The notes under the pieces are model-generated. The model did not search any database. It saw only the letters and a list, made by a program, of their open reading frames with translations, and was not told the origin of the DNA. 64,000 bases of DNA, taken from NCBI GenBank assembly GCA_964035575.1, contig OZ037839.1, positions 1,240,001 to 1,304,000 of the forward strand, written 5' to 3'. Source of the DNA: Rhynchopus sp. YZ270_cl-10 (taxonomy: Eukaryota). The position numbers and the translations under genes were made by a program. Of the stretch, positions 1 to 12,000 are shown piece after piece. Within the stretch, counting starts at the first letter, position 1. Every line of letters begins with the position of its first letter.

Positions 1-1052
1 TGACGGAAATTGGTGGCGACTTTTGTTCGTCCTGCACCTCGTTGGAAATGATTGACTTGACAGCACTGCACAGGGTTGTGAAGGTAGGTCACCGCTTTCT
101 AAGGAGCTGCACCTCGCTGAGAAGTATCGACCTCTCAGCTTTTGGCAATGTCACAGACATTGAGTCAGGGTTTCTTATTCACTGCTCATCATTGAAAGCA
201 GTTGATTTATCAGTGTTGCGCAGCATCACACACATTTATAACCGCTGGATGGAAGACTGCTGTGCGTTGACAACAGCAGACTTATCAGGAATGAGCAATG
301 TTACGCAGATTGATGAAGGTTTCCTGCAAGATTGCACGTCCTTGACAACACTGGACATGTCAGGTTTTGGCAGGGACACAGGGATCCAGCAGCACAACTT
401 CCTGCACAACTGCAACGCACTCACAACAGTCGTCTTGCCAGGCAACATCGACATTGACGAGATGTTGTCTCTCCCGAATGGAGACCCTAGAATGAGCACC
501 TACAAGGAGGCCTTCTATGTACGTGTGCGTGAGATTTACGCAAGGTTTACGGAACAGTTCGAAGATGTGCGGATAGAAGCTTTTGAGGCAGTACGAACAG
601 ACGTGTCTGGAAGTGCAAGACAATGTATTGCATTGAAAGCAGGACAAGAGAGAGAAGGGTTTGGTGCAAGCACACGAGTACGACTACAAATAAAGAGAGA
701 ATTCATAGGGTGGGGTGCAGGACGAACAAGAGCAGGACAAGCAGGAGGGTTTGGGGCAGGGCAAACAGGGGCAGGACAGACAGAAACAGTACAAGCAGGA
801 GGATTTGGAGAGTTTGGGGCAGGACAAGCAGGAACAGGACAAGCAGGAGGGTTTGGGGCAGGGCAAACAGGGGCAGGACAGACAGAAACAGTACAAGCAG
901 GAGGATTTGGAGAGTTTGGGGCAGGACAAGCAGGAGCAGGACAAACAGGAGGATTTGGAGGGTTTGGTGCAGGACAAGCAGGAGGATTTGGTGATTTGTG
1001 TGAAGAACACTTGGGTGAACCTATTGAACTGCATTTTTGGATACACCTGTGA
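1..1052 (+). CDS. UBL-LRR family A protein copy A1 (5' part outside window); 25-aa LRRs plus C-terminal GFGAGQ repeat tail
   Basis: Frame is open from the window start; LRRs and the GNIDIDEMLSLP...CIALKAGQ block match the paralogs at 4538, 6900 and 14514; tail of GFG(A/E)/AGQ repeats ends EEHLGEPIELHFWIHL*. Confidence 0.85.
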   Translation, partial: TEIGGDFCSSCTSLEMIDLTALHRVVKVGHRFLRSCTSLRSIDLSAFGNVTDIESGFLIHCSSLKAVDLSVLRSITHIYNRWMEDCCALTTADLSGMSNVTQIDEGFLQDCTSLTTLDMSGFGRDTGIQQHNFLHNCNALTTVVLPGNIDIDEMLSLPNGDPRMSTYKEAFYVRVREIYARFTEQFEDVRIEAFEAVRTDVSGSARQCIALKAGQEREGFGASTRVRLQIKREFIGWGAGRTRAGQAGGFGAGQTGAGQTETVQAGGFGEFGAGQAGTGQAGGFGAGQTGAGQTETVQAGGFGEFGAGQAGAGQTGGFGGFGAGQAGGFGDLCEEHLGEPIELHFWIHL

Positions 1053-1572
1053 ACACTTGGGAGAATCTTATTGACCCTCTCCGGACGGATGATGACAATA
1101 TAGCCACACGCTTGCCCTGTACGGGCAGTATACATCACGTAGCATGCTTGCCTTTGAAGAGACCTCATCTCGTCACCCTTTCAAAGCTCCCGTAGGCCTT
1201 CCGAATGGAAAGAACGCAGCAAACAAGAGCTGGGAACGTGTGACTGAGTGTGGGGATGCGTTCAAGAATTAAACTCTTCCCCCCAAACCCCCTTTCATCT
1301 CTAGTTTTCTTTATCCAAACGTCGAGTGGACGCGTAATAATTTTATTTTGGGACTTTCATTTTTGAGGTGTGGAAGGCATAGGCGTATCAAGCAAGAAAG
1401 AATAGGGATTTTTTATTGTTTATTATTTGTTTTTGTCACCAGAATGCAAGGCACTGTAAGTGCGTTATATCGGTTTGAAAGTACTCTAAACAAAAAAGGT
1501 GGCCGTCGGGCTGCTATTTCTTTTTACCTCCTCCTTTGGCTGGGGAAAAACAAAGTACCACCATATTCATAG

Positions 1573-1944
1573 ATGGTAGTCGGCCCATCTGCAGGACAAG
1601 CAGGAGCAGGACAAACAGGAACAACACAAGCAGCAGGATTTGGAGCGTTTGGGGCAGGACAAACAGGAGGAGGACAAACAGGAACAGTACAAGCAGTAGG
1701 ATTTGCAGGGTTTGGGGCAGGACAAGCAGGAGCAGGACAAACAGGAACAACACAAGCAGTAGGATTTGCAGGGTTTGGGGCAGGACAAGCAGGAGCAGGA
1801 CAAACAGGAACAACACAAGCAGGAGGATTTGCAGGGTTTGGGGCAGGACAAGCAGCAACAGGACAAACAGCAGGAGGACAAGCAGGAGGATTTGAAGAAC
1901 ACTTTGGTGAACCTATTGAACTGCATTTTTGGATACACCTGTGA
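1573..1944 (+). pseudogene. Orphan duplicate of the family A FG-repeat tail
   Basis: GFGAGQ repeats and the EEHFGEPIELHFWIHL* ending match copy A1, but no LRR coding sequence lies upstream. Confidence 0.65.
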
Positions 1945-3376
1945 ACACTTGGGGAAAACGTTATTTACTCTTTCCCATCGTGTGAATATTCAAGCTGTGG
2001 TGTGGGGAGCTGTTTTGTGTGGTTTTGCTTCATCTTTATCAGATGTTTTGTTGTGTTTTTGTTTTGCGTTGTTTCGCCCCCTTGATCGTAGCGACTCTTT
2101 TCGAGATACAAAGTATCCCCTTCCCTCCTCTCTATTTGTTATTTTTCAGTACTATTCACCCCTCTCGGGTCTTTTAGGTAATCTCAATCTATCTTAGACC
2201 TCCACCTCCCTCCTAACGTGTACTTTGCCACAGCCACAGCGCCTTTCAGAGTTACCCGAGCAGTGTGCGCCCTCGACACACTGCGTCTGCCTTCGCATTA
2301 ATGGTGCCAATGGCAAAAGATTCCTCCCTCTTCTCCTCTCCCCTTTTTTGCTTTTATTTGATTTCTTTTGACCTCTAAGAGTACGATCATAAACCCCACA
2401 GTTAACAGCACTGTAAGGCACTGGCAGTGCGTTATGTGGGGTTTGAGAGTACTCTAAACAAAAAAGGTGGCCGTCGGGCTGCTATTTCTTTTTACCTCCT
2501 GATTTGGCAGGGTAGGATCCGGGGAGGGCTGGGGAAAAACAAAGTACCACCATATTCTGTAGAAAAAAAAATTCATTTTTCACTTTTCCCGTTTTCCCCA
2601 CTCTTGCTCCTCCCCGCACATACTTTTCGCATTATTGGTGCCAATTGCAAAAGATTCCTCCCTCTTCTCCTCTCCCCTTTTATTTGCTTTATTGTGCCCT
2701 CTAAGAGTACGATCATTGGAGCGTTGCTGAGGGTGGGGGCAGTGCTGTGGACAGCATGGGAGGGACACAGCGGGTCTGTGGTGGGTCAAAGCAGAGCTTT
2801 CCACTCGTGATAGCTTGGTGCATTTTTTGTGTCCTGTGGCGATTACGCGGCCCCTCTGCCTGCTGACACCCCGTCAGCAACCTTGGGTAGAGTTCATCTA
2901 CACAGGACGCTTTGGCAGAGTGGGTCTTTGCATTTTGCAATACCTTACAACCTCTTGTTTCCCCGAGTGGAGCAAGCAGTCTTTTTCTGGGTTAAGACCA
3001 GGCAACATGCTTGAGTGCGACACAGGCTTCCCCTTCAGGGAGGACCGAGAAGAGCGTTGGGATCCATGAGAGTGTGATGCGCTATTGCGGTGAGGTGCAA
3101 GGCTGGTTTGGGGAAATGGGGAGTGGTGGTGGGGGGGCGGTGACACCATACACGTAACACATCCTGGGTGGTGTTTGAGTATCGTCAACTGTCAGGTGGG
3201 TGGGGTCATATGCATTGCAGCAAAGTGGCAGCGCACACCACGACTACAAGTTTAGGCAACACTGACTTGTACTGCGGACAACGTGTCTTTGCTATCAAAA
3301 ATACCCACAAGGAGGAGGGGATACAACAGCCTCGTGGGCACACCGCTGACATACCCTGGAAGCGAGCAACTAACAA

Positions 3377-4387
3377 TCTTTATTCGTCTTTTTGCGGAGG
3401 TCACGTACAATTTCTACAGGGGGCAGTGAAATAAGATTGGCATTATTCAACTCACGTGAAATAAAGTTTTGGTCGTAAAATAGCCGTAGCGTGAAAATAA
3501 GATGCCTTTATTCGTTTTTTATTTTCACTCGAGCCTTATTTCACGCAGAGAAATACGTTGGAGTAGCCGCGAAAACGCACTTTATTCACAGTAATATAAA
3601 GCTTTTTTTTGCGTGAAAATAAAGTGAAATAAAATCCTTTTATTTTCACGCACTGTTTCCGCTCAGAATACACCACTATTTCAGGCCATTTTTGGCTTAA
3701 AAAAGTCCAAAAATGAATTATTTTGTGTCAATACAGTGAATACAGCACGTCTGTGACACACAACGCGGATAAGTCGACCTGTGTGGGCACAGGTGCGACC
3801 GGATTCACTGGCGCAAGCTGTGGCGAGTGTGCTGCGGGCTACATCGGTTACCACAGACGACGTGCACTGCAGCTCGCACAGCAGTGCTGTGATACACAAC
3901 GTGAACAAGACGGAGTGCTCGTGCACGTGCAACGCTCGCTTTGCTGGTGCGACGTGCGACGTGAGACGAGTGTGCTGCTGGGTTTGCGGGGTACCCGAAT
4001 TGCACTGAAGCTGCCCAGCACGCACACTCCATTTGTCACCAAAAAAGTGAGATACTATGTGCATAAAAACCACGATTCTGCCTCAGGACTTTTCCAACTT
4101 GCTTTTTGGGCCGTCACAAACACCACCGTAGACAAAACACGTATATTTTTTCATAACACCTACCCTATTTGACTGCCCCCCTGTAGAAATTGTACTTTGA
4201 CCTCCGCAAACGCTGAATAAAATATTGTATTCATGTGAAATAAGATTCATATTTCACGCTCCCTGGCCTGGAGACACGCGTTTCATAATTTTCACTCGCT
4301 ACGCTCGTGAAAATTAACCCACTTGTGACTCCAGTCCGGGAGCGTGAAATAAAGGGAATCTTATTTCACGTGAATAAATAGTTATAG
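3377..4387 (-). mobile_element. Crypton-like non-autonomous element (terminal hairpin plus offset inverted repeat) carrying an EGF-like gene fragment
   Basis: Absent from the paralogous site near 14355-14366; ~55-bp inverted repeat at ~3380-3433 / ~4165-4222; long palindrome ~4230-4385 ending GAATAAATAGTTAT; no clear TSD; boundaries approximate. Confidence 0.6.
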
Positions 4388-4537
4388 TTTTCCTTTTCAC
4401 GTTTTTCAGTCTTTTGAGCAACAGACAAATAGAAACGAGTCTCTCGAGCATGTTATCCCCCCATTTTTTTTGTATCTTGCCTCCCTCCTCCTCCTTCAAC
4501 ACTTACCCCACAACAGAGCAACACGTCACTCGAAACA

Positions 4538-5956
4538 ATGGAACTGTGTGTGCAGGGATATGATGAAAACAAATACGTGATTGAGGTGGGTGAGAAGGAC
4601 ACAACGGAGACGATGCGGGAGAAGGTGGCGTCTGCAACAGGGTTGTGCGAAGACAGCTTCCGCATGGGCTTCGGAGGGAAGGAGGAAGGAGAGGACATCA
4701 CAGAACTGAGTGCTGGAGACACAGTCGTGTTGACGAAGTCGACGAAGTACCAATCTGTTGAGGAACTTCGTGCCTTGGGTGAGACAGACATTTCCGAAGC
4801 GAGGTTGGCGACTGTGAAGGATCCTGAGGTGGCTTCTCTGCTTCTTCAGGCGGAGGTTGCGACTGTTATTCCGGAGCTGTTCTTGAGCGAAGCATCGTTT
4901 ACGAGACTTGATCTCTCTGCTGTGTCTGGTGTGACACGAATTGAGGAAGGCTTCCTCTCCGGGTGTGCGTTTGTGGAAACCGTTGACTTGTCGGGATTGT
5001 GCAAGGTTACGCACATTGAGGATGGCTGTCTCTCTATCTGCCCATCGTTGACAAGGCTTGACGTGTCAGGGTTCACTGGTGTGACGGTGATAGGGGACTC
5101 GTTCCTCGCAGGAAGCGACGTCACAAATCTTGACTTATCCCATATGACGAGTGTGACGAAGGTTGGTGAAGGCTTTCTTGTATCCTGCAGCTCGTTGAAA
5201 AGGATTGACATCTCAGGATGGCGCAGAATCACACACATTGAGGACAGCTTCTTCTCTCACTGCACCTCGTTGGCAACCATTGATTTGTCAGCTTTTTGCA
5301 GTGTCATGAAGATCGACTCCGACTTTCTCTCCAACTGCTCGTCGTTGACCACCATCAGCTTTTCAGGGATGACCAATGTGACGGAAATTGGGAACCAGTT
5401 TTGTAGGGCCTGCACCTCGTTGGAAACGATTGACTTGTCAGCACTGCACAAAGTTGCGAAGGTGGGTGACTACTTTCTCTGGTATTGCACCTCGCTGGGA
5501 AGTATCGACCTTTCAGCTTTTGGCAGCATCACACACATTGAGGACTGCTGGATGGAATACTGCTCCGCGTTGACAACAGCAGACTTATCAGGAATGAGCA
5601 ATGTTACGCAGATTGATACACATTTCCTGCAAGACTGCAAATCCTTGACCACGCTGGACATGTCAGGTTTTGGCACGGACACAGAGATTCAGTGTAACTT
5701 CCTGCTCAACTGCAACGCACTCACAACAGTCGTCTTGCCAGGCAACATCGACATTGACGAGATGTTGTCTCTCCCGAATGGAGACCCTAGAATGAGCACC
5801 TACAAGGAGGCCTTCTATGTACGTGTGCGTGAGATTTACGCAAGGTTTACGGAACAGTTCGAAGATGTGCGGATAGAAGCTTTTGAGGCAGTACGAACAG
5901 ACGTGTCTGGAAGTGCAAGACAATGTATTGCATTGAAAGCAGGACAACATGCATAG
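4538..5956 (+). CDS. UBL-LRR family A protein copy A2 (472 aa; one LRR fewer, FG tail replaced)
   Basis: N-terminus MELCVQGYDENKYVIEVGEKDTTETMREKVASATGL aligns with the ubiquitin fold pattern; xIxxxFLxxCxxLxxxDLS repeats; intronless ORF. Confidence 0.85.
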   Translation: MELCVQGYDENKYVIEVGEKDTTETMREKVASATGLCEDSFRMGFGGKEEGEDITELSAGDTVVLTKSTKYQSVEELRALGETDISEARLATVKDPEVASLLLQAEVATVIPELFLSEASFTRLDLSAVSGVTRIEEGFLSGCAFVETVDLSGLCKVTHIEDGCLSICPSLTRLDVSGFTGVTVIGDSFLAGSDVTNLDLSHMTSVTKVGEGFLVSCSSLKRIDISGWRRITHIEDSFFSHCTSLATIDLSAFCSVMKIDSDFLSNCSSLTTISFSGMTNVTEIGNQFCRACTSLETIDLSALHKVAKVGDYFLWYCTSLGSIDLSAFGSITHIEDCWMEYCSALTTADLSGMSNVTQIDTHFLQDCKSLTTLDMSGFGTDTEIQCNFLLNCNALTTVVLPGNIDIDEMLSLPNGDPRMSTYKEAFYVRVREIYARFTEQFEDVRIEAFEAVRTDVSGSARQCIALKAGQHA

Positions 5957-6289
5957 ACGCGCTGGTGTGCGTTGTTCGTTATGATTTTTGGTAGACTCTT
6001 TCCTGATTTTGTTGCAAGCACAAAGCCGTTGACGACCTTGGCCGATACAGGGCTGTATAGTATAGGGTTCGTGGATCTCAACTTCCCGACACCCATACCA
6101 GATATGTTTTTCGCGTTGCAGACCTTGGTGCTGACGGTGCTGCCGTTGTACGTTCCGCTCATGCTTGGTGTGGACAGTGAGGTGTACTGGAGGATTCTTC
6201 CCGTGGTGGCGGGGTGCTGGGGGGTAGCGTTCGTGACCTTCATCTTGACGCGGGTATTCAAAATGAAACCGAAGGTGGACCAAGACTAA
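5957..6289 (+). other. Hydrophobic (2-3 TM) coding segment in frame with A2, separated from it by one TAG
   Basis: ORF 5972..6289 is in the same frame as 4538..5956 with no other stop between; hydrophobic stretches FFALQTLVLTVLPLYVPLML and ILPVVAGCWGVAFVTFIL followed by a basic tail. Confidence 0.45.
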
Positions 6290-6899
6290 GCAATTATGTT
6301 TCATCGTACAAACTTTTCTTTCCCCCTTATGTTTGAGGCCTCCCCTCAGAGAGCTTTTTTTGCCCTCCGTGAAGAAGGGTTTTTTGAGTGTTTTCCTTGC
6401 ATCGGACAGTGTTTCAAAGCTGTTCTCTTGTGAATACTGTTGCCCGCAGGTTGGCGAGCTACGATACCTGAAACACATTCGGTGTTCCGCTGTTGTTTAT
6501 TCTTTGTCAAAGATAAATCTCAGGAGTGCCTTTTAAACGTCCTGTCTGCCATTTCGGTTGATGCAAATTATCGTGCTTCGGAAAAGTCATTTGGTCCAGA
6601 ATAAATGTGGATCTTGTTCTGGACCAACGCTTTTCAAAGCACAGTACAAAAAGAGAGATCATTAACCGAATGCAACGTACTACTTTGGGGGTTCTCTGGG
6701 GAGTTAGTGTTCAGCCTTTTTCAAGCTTTTGTGCGTCTATTTTCATTTTGGTGAACTTCTCCCCTCTGTATCCCACAGAGTTCTCCTTTGCCAACCCCGA
6801 GTCTCTCGAGCATGTTGTCCCCCCATTTTGTTGTATCTTGCCTCCCTCCTCCTCCTTCTCAACACCACCCCACAACAGAGCAACACTTCACTGGAAACA

Positions 6900-8468
6900 A
6901 TGGAACTGTGTGTGCAGGGATATGATGATGAAACCAAATTCGTGATGGAGGTGGGTGAGAACGACACAACGGAGACGATGCGGCAGAAGGTGGCGTCTGC
7001 AACAGGGTTGTGCGAAGACAGCTTCCGCATGGGCTTCGGAGGGAAGGAGGAAGGAGAGGACATCACAGAACTGAGTGCTGGAGACACAGTCGTGTTGACG
7101 AAGTCGACGAAGTACCAATCCGTTGAGACACTTCGTGCCTTGGGTGAGACAGACATTTCCGAAGCGAGGTTGGCGACTGTGAAGGATCCTGAGGTGGCTT
7201 CTCTGCTTCTTCAGGCGGAGGTTGCGACTGTTACTCCGAACTGGTTCTTGTACCAAGCATCGTTTACGAGACTTGATCTCTCTGCTGTGTCTGGTGTGAC
7301 ACGAATTGCGTACGGCTTCCTCTCCGGGTGTGGGTCGGTGGAAACCGTTGACTTGTCGGGATTGTGCAACGTTACCCACATTGGGGATGGCTGTCTCTCT
7401 GACTGCACATCGTTGACAAGCCTTGACGTGTCCGGGTTCACTGGTGTGACGGTGATAGGGGACTCGTTCCTCCGAGGAAGTGGCGTCACAAATCTTGACT
7501 TATCCGCGATGACGAGTGTGACGGAGATTGGTATAAAATTTCTTATCTCCTGCAAGTCGTTGAAAAGGATTGACATCTCAGGATGGCGCAGAATCACACA
7601 CATTAACAACCTCTTCCTCCAGAGCTGCACCTCGTTGGCAAACATTGATTTGTCAGCTTTTTGCAATGTCACGAAGATCGGCTACCAATTTCTCTTCAAC
7701 TGTTCGTCGTTGACCACCATCAGCTTTTCAGGGATGACGAATGTGACGGAAATGGGTGACGACTTTTGTTCGGGCTGCACCTCGTTGGAAACGATTGACT
7801 TGACAGCACTGCACGGAGTTGTGAAGGTGGGCGCCGAATTTCTTACGAGATGCACCTCGCTGGGAAGTATCGACCTCTCAGCTTTTGGCAATGTCGCAGA
7901 CATCGGGCACAAATTTCTTTTTCAGTGCTCATCATTGAAATCAGTTGATTTATCAAAGTTGCTCAGTATCACACACATTAAGCGCGACTGGTTGCAAGGG
8001 TGCTCCGCGTTGACAACAGCAGACTTATCAGGAATGAGCAATGTGAGGGAAATTGGTGCAGAATTCCTGCAAGATTGCACATCCTTGACCACGCTGGACG
8101 TGTCAGGTATTGACAGGCACACAGGGATCCAGCAGTACTTCCTGCACAACTGCAACGCACTCACAACAGTCGTCTTGCCAGGCAACATCGACATTGACGA
8201 GATGTTGTCTTTGCCGAAAGGAGACCGTGCAAGGAGCAACTACACGCAGTCCTTCTCTGCACGTGTGCGTGAGATTTACGCAAGGTTTATGGAACAGTTC
8301 GAAGATGTGCGGATCGAAGCTTTTGAGGCAGTACGAACAGACGTGTCTGGAAGTGCAAGACAATGTATTGCATTGAAAGCAGGACAAGAGAGAGAGAAGG
8401 GATTGATGCATGGGTTTGGAACAGGACAAACAGGAGGAGGACAAACAGGAACAGTACAAGCAAAATGA
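6900..8468 (+). CDS. UBL-LRR family A protein copy A3; FG tail truncated by an early stop
   Basis: ATG at 6900 in the same context as paralogs (GAAACAATGGAACTG); degenerate FG-repeat DNA continues after the stop to ~8745. Confidence 0.85.
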   Translation: MELCVQGYDDETKFVMEVGENDTTETMRQKVASATGLCEDSFRMGFGGKEEGEDITELSAGDTVVLTKSTKYQSVETLRALGETDISEARLATVKDPEVASLLLQAEVATVTPNWFLYQASFTRLDLSAVSGVTRIAYGFLSGCGSVETVDLSGLCNVTHIGDGCLSDCTSLTSLDVSGFTGVTVIGDSFLRGSGVTNLDLSAMTSVTEIGIKFLISCKSLKRIDISGWRRITHINNLFLQSCTSLANIDLSAFCNVTKIGYQFLFNCSSLTTISFSGMTNVTEMGDDFCSGCTSLETIDLTALHGVVKVGAEFLTRCTSLGSIDLSAFGNVADIGHKFLFQCSSLKSVDLSKLLSITHIKRDWLQGCSALTTADLSGMSNVREIGAEFLQDCTSLTTLDVSGIDRHTGIQQYFLHNCNALTTVVLPGNIDIDEMLSLPKGDRARSNYTQSFSARVREIYARFMEQFEDVRIEAFEAVRTDVSGSARQCIALKAGQEREKGLMHGFGTGQTGGGQTGTVQAK

Positions 8469-9016
8469 TTTGGGTTTGGAGCAGGACAAACAGGAACAAA
8501 ACAAGCAGGAGGATTTGGAAGGTATGGAACAGGACAACAGGAGGAGGACATGCAAAAGGATTTGGGTTTGGGGCAGGACAAAGAGGAGGAGGACAAGCAG
8601 GAGGATTGGGAGGGTTTCGTGCAGGACAAACAGCAGCAGGACAGACAGGAACAGGAAAAGAAGGAGGGTTTGGGGCAGGACAAACAGGAACATAAGCAGG
8701 AGGATTTGAAGGACACTTTGGTGAACCTATTGAACTGCATTTTTAGAATTCATTTTTCGCTTTTTCCGTTTTCCCCACTCTAGCTCCTCCCCGCACATAC
8801 TTTTCGCATTAATGGTGCCAATTGCAAAAGATTCCTCCCTCTTCTCCTCTCCCCTTTTATTTGCTTTATTGTGCCCTCTAAGAGTACGATCATTGGAGCG
8901 TTGCTGAGGGTGGGGGCAGTGCTGTGGACAGCATGGGAGGGACACAGCGGGTCTGTGGTGGGTCAAAGCAGAGCTTTCCACTCGTGATAGCTTGGTGCAT
9001 TTTTTTTGTCCTGTGG

Positions 9017-12000
9017 CAGGGCTTCCCGCAGGATCTGGGGTTTTGGCCTCCCAGGGGGACCAGCCAAAAAAAGGTGAAAATTTTTTTTTTTTCGCGCCTT
9101 GTTGTGTGTGGTATGTAGCATTAACGCTGACTCTACGTTACGTTACGCGCCTTTACGCACTACGGACGCTCCCACTGACTACTTCTCTGAAGAACGTAGT
9201 GGGGGGTTATTTGCAAAAAATTGAAGCTGAAACTTAGTTTCTGGTCTTTTTCAGGCACTATGTCGCCAAAAACGCTGGAAAAAAGAAAGGTAAAAAGAAA
9301 AAGCAGTTTCCTGCTCTGAAGAAAGTAGTGAACGGGGGGGGATCCTTTTCTCAATTTTGTTTACACTGATGGGGTGGGGTGGGGGAACCGCAATGCAACA
9401 TAGCTCGATGACGACACACGAAAAGGGTCAAAGGCTGCACACATAAAACTGATCCATACAATAAAATTCTCTCATGCTACAGTACCAAAATCGCGGCGTC
9501 TTCCTGTCTTTGGTGCCGCTTTGATGAATCGATCGACAACGCTGTTCAAAAACGGAAGAGAAGGCACCTGAGGTCCCTCAATTTTTATCCTCATGAGGGC
9601 ATCTAACGTCGTGATCAGCATGCTGGCCCTGAGACGCGTCAGTACCAGTTTCAAAACTGAAAATGCACGCTCCACCACAGCCGTACTACCAGGCAAGCAT
9701 GCGACACGAAGAAGGAAATCAACTGCTTTGGGCAACGTCAACGAATGGCACGCAACTGCATAACGCACAGCATCTGAGAACGTGTACTTCGCAGAGTTCG
9801 CGCTTGCTTCCCGCTGTTGCCTTATTTTTGTGAGGAGCAAGGTAAGCTGGAACCGTATTGTTTGCTTGTCATGATCGTTGTAAGGGGGGTCGTAGCTCTT
9901 CGTTTCCGGATAACCATCTAGTTTCTGGGACCGCTTGGTGCAGAAGAAGTGAGTAAGGTTGTGTATTAAGGCTTCGTCTTCATCGGGCTTGTCACCGAAG
10001 TCTCGCTGCGGATCCAGTACTGCGATGTTTGTGAATATTGCGGAATCACAAAACCTTGCGGTAAGCTGTGCGATTAGATCTTTCACGTAGCTTCTAGTGG
10101 TGGTTTCGTGAAACCGAAGAAAAGCTTCCGGACAGACCTTCTTCCCCGACAAGCGAGCCACAACAGTGTTGTAGTACGTAGTCCATTGAAGATACTTGTA
10201 CTCTGCACCGTTCTCCACACCTTCCGCGAGTCGCTCGAGTGATTCCTGTGTGGACTTCAGCAGGTCAGGAATCATGACCAATCCAGCACAAGATTCTTGC
10301 AACTTCAGGTTCAGCGGCTTCATCACGATGAAGACGCTGGCGAGGAGGAAGTTTGCCGCAACGAACCTCGGCGACTCCAGCGTTTCCAACAGTCCCCTGG
10401 TGATGGCATCGCCGTCCTGCTGGTGGATCTGGCTGAGGGCGTGGTGGATGGAGGGGAGGGTGTTCAGCAGCGTCGTGCACCCTTTCTCGTTGGTGAGCCA
10501 ACGGGTGTCGGCCCCCTTCTCCAGCTGCAGGTCTGGCAGGTTCAGCCACTCCACTACCTGCTTGAGCTGGTTGCAGGCGTTGGACACGGCCAAGACTCGT
10601 TCACCGGAACTGCGAACGTACCAGTAGATGTCGCGCTGGCTGTTGATCGCACTCATCACGTCAACATGGCTCTGCCCAGCCCACTGCAGAGAGAGGTTCA
10701 GCTGGTGGTTTCTGCACCAGACGTAGATAATATAAATATTTTGAAAATACTTAAACCTCGTCTGCACACCAGAAAACCCACCCGACATCGTGTTGGTTCC
10801 ATCGAACCCAACACCAACAATCTTCTTCCCGCCAATCATCTCGCGGGCGGGTGGCTGCTCGTCCGTCTCCAGCGGTACCCCTCTCGCACGGTGCACGTCC
10901 ATGTAGGACACTCTCTCTGCAATGTCGGTGTACACACCTGCCGCACCCTTCCCATCTGTCAACGGTGCGATACCCCAAAAATGCTCGAAGCTCTCGCCTT
11001 TGCCATCAACGCCACGTATGTACACCGACAATTCAGAGCGACGGCAGATATCTTGCGTCTCATCAGCAAGCACAGTAATGTACTTACTTTGTCGCACGCG
11101 GGACTCGATGCGAAACTGCAGCTCGGTGTTAATCGCGTCCAGAAGCTCCTGCATTGTCCGCCTGCTAGTGTAGGAAGCGTTCTTCGTTTCAATGAAGGCC
11201 TTCAGGTCGGCGTCCCACCTTGCCGAGTGCTGTGCGAGGCTGGCGTAATTGGTGCTGTGGCTCACCCCTCGCTTCACCAACCAGTACAAATTGGCTGTGA
11301 GCTTCAGCAGCTGACGCCGGTTCATGCTCTGATGCGCTTTGGATGTCTTTACAATCATCCCGGTCCCGCTGTTCCGTGTCCTCTCTGCCTCCACAGCTGC
11401 CACGTGGCTCGCAGTTTTCGCGTGTTCAGGACACTTCTTTTTTGTGATTCGTGTCACATCACAACATGGGACTTCGAAAAACGAGCCATCTGCATCAGGA
11501 CGCTTCGCGCTGATAGCCAGCGCAAGATGCTTCTTGCACAACCTGCACCAGTACCCTCTCTTTGATGCGAAGACCCACTCGTACTTATCAGCGGCGTTCA
11601 GGAACCTTTGCTGCTCAGAGAATGCCAACTTATTGGGGGTGTTGTATTCCGTGGGTTCTTCTGAGCTCTCGCTGTCTGCCATGTCGTTCTCGTTCTCGTT
11701 GTTGTCATCCTCCTCGTCGTCATCCTCGTCGTCGTCGTCCTCGTCCTCGTTGGTGTTGGTGTTGTTCTCGTTGTTGTCCTTTACGTTGCCATCCTCGTCG
11801 ACGACCGCAACATCTTCGCACTCCAAGGGGTTCCCTGCTAGGAATGACACCACTCCGTCGCACACGTCTCTGTCATCTGCCTCGGGCTCCACACCCTTTT
11901 TTTTCTCTTCGCAGTTCTTCTGAGGCTTCTTTCTTGGAATGTGGGGGTAGGGGATTTCGAACTTCCAGTCGGCTCCCCCCTCCGGTTCCTCCTGGTTGTC

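Noticed and set aside
10297..11565. 422-aa + strand ORF and other antisense ORFs over the transposase, LRR, chitobiase and large secreted genes
   Set aside because: Shadow ORFs opposite or overlapping well-supported coding frames, with no recognisable motifs
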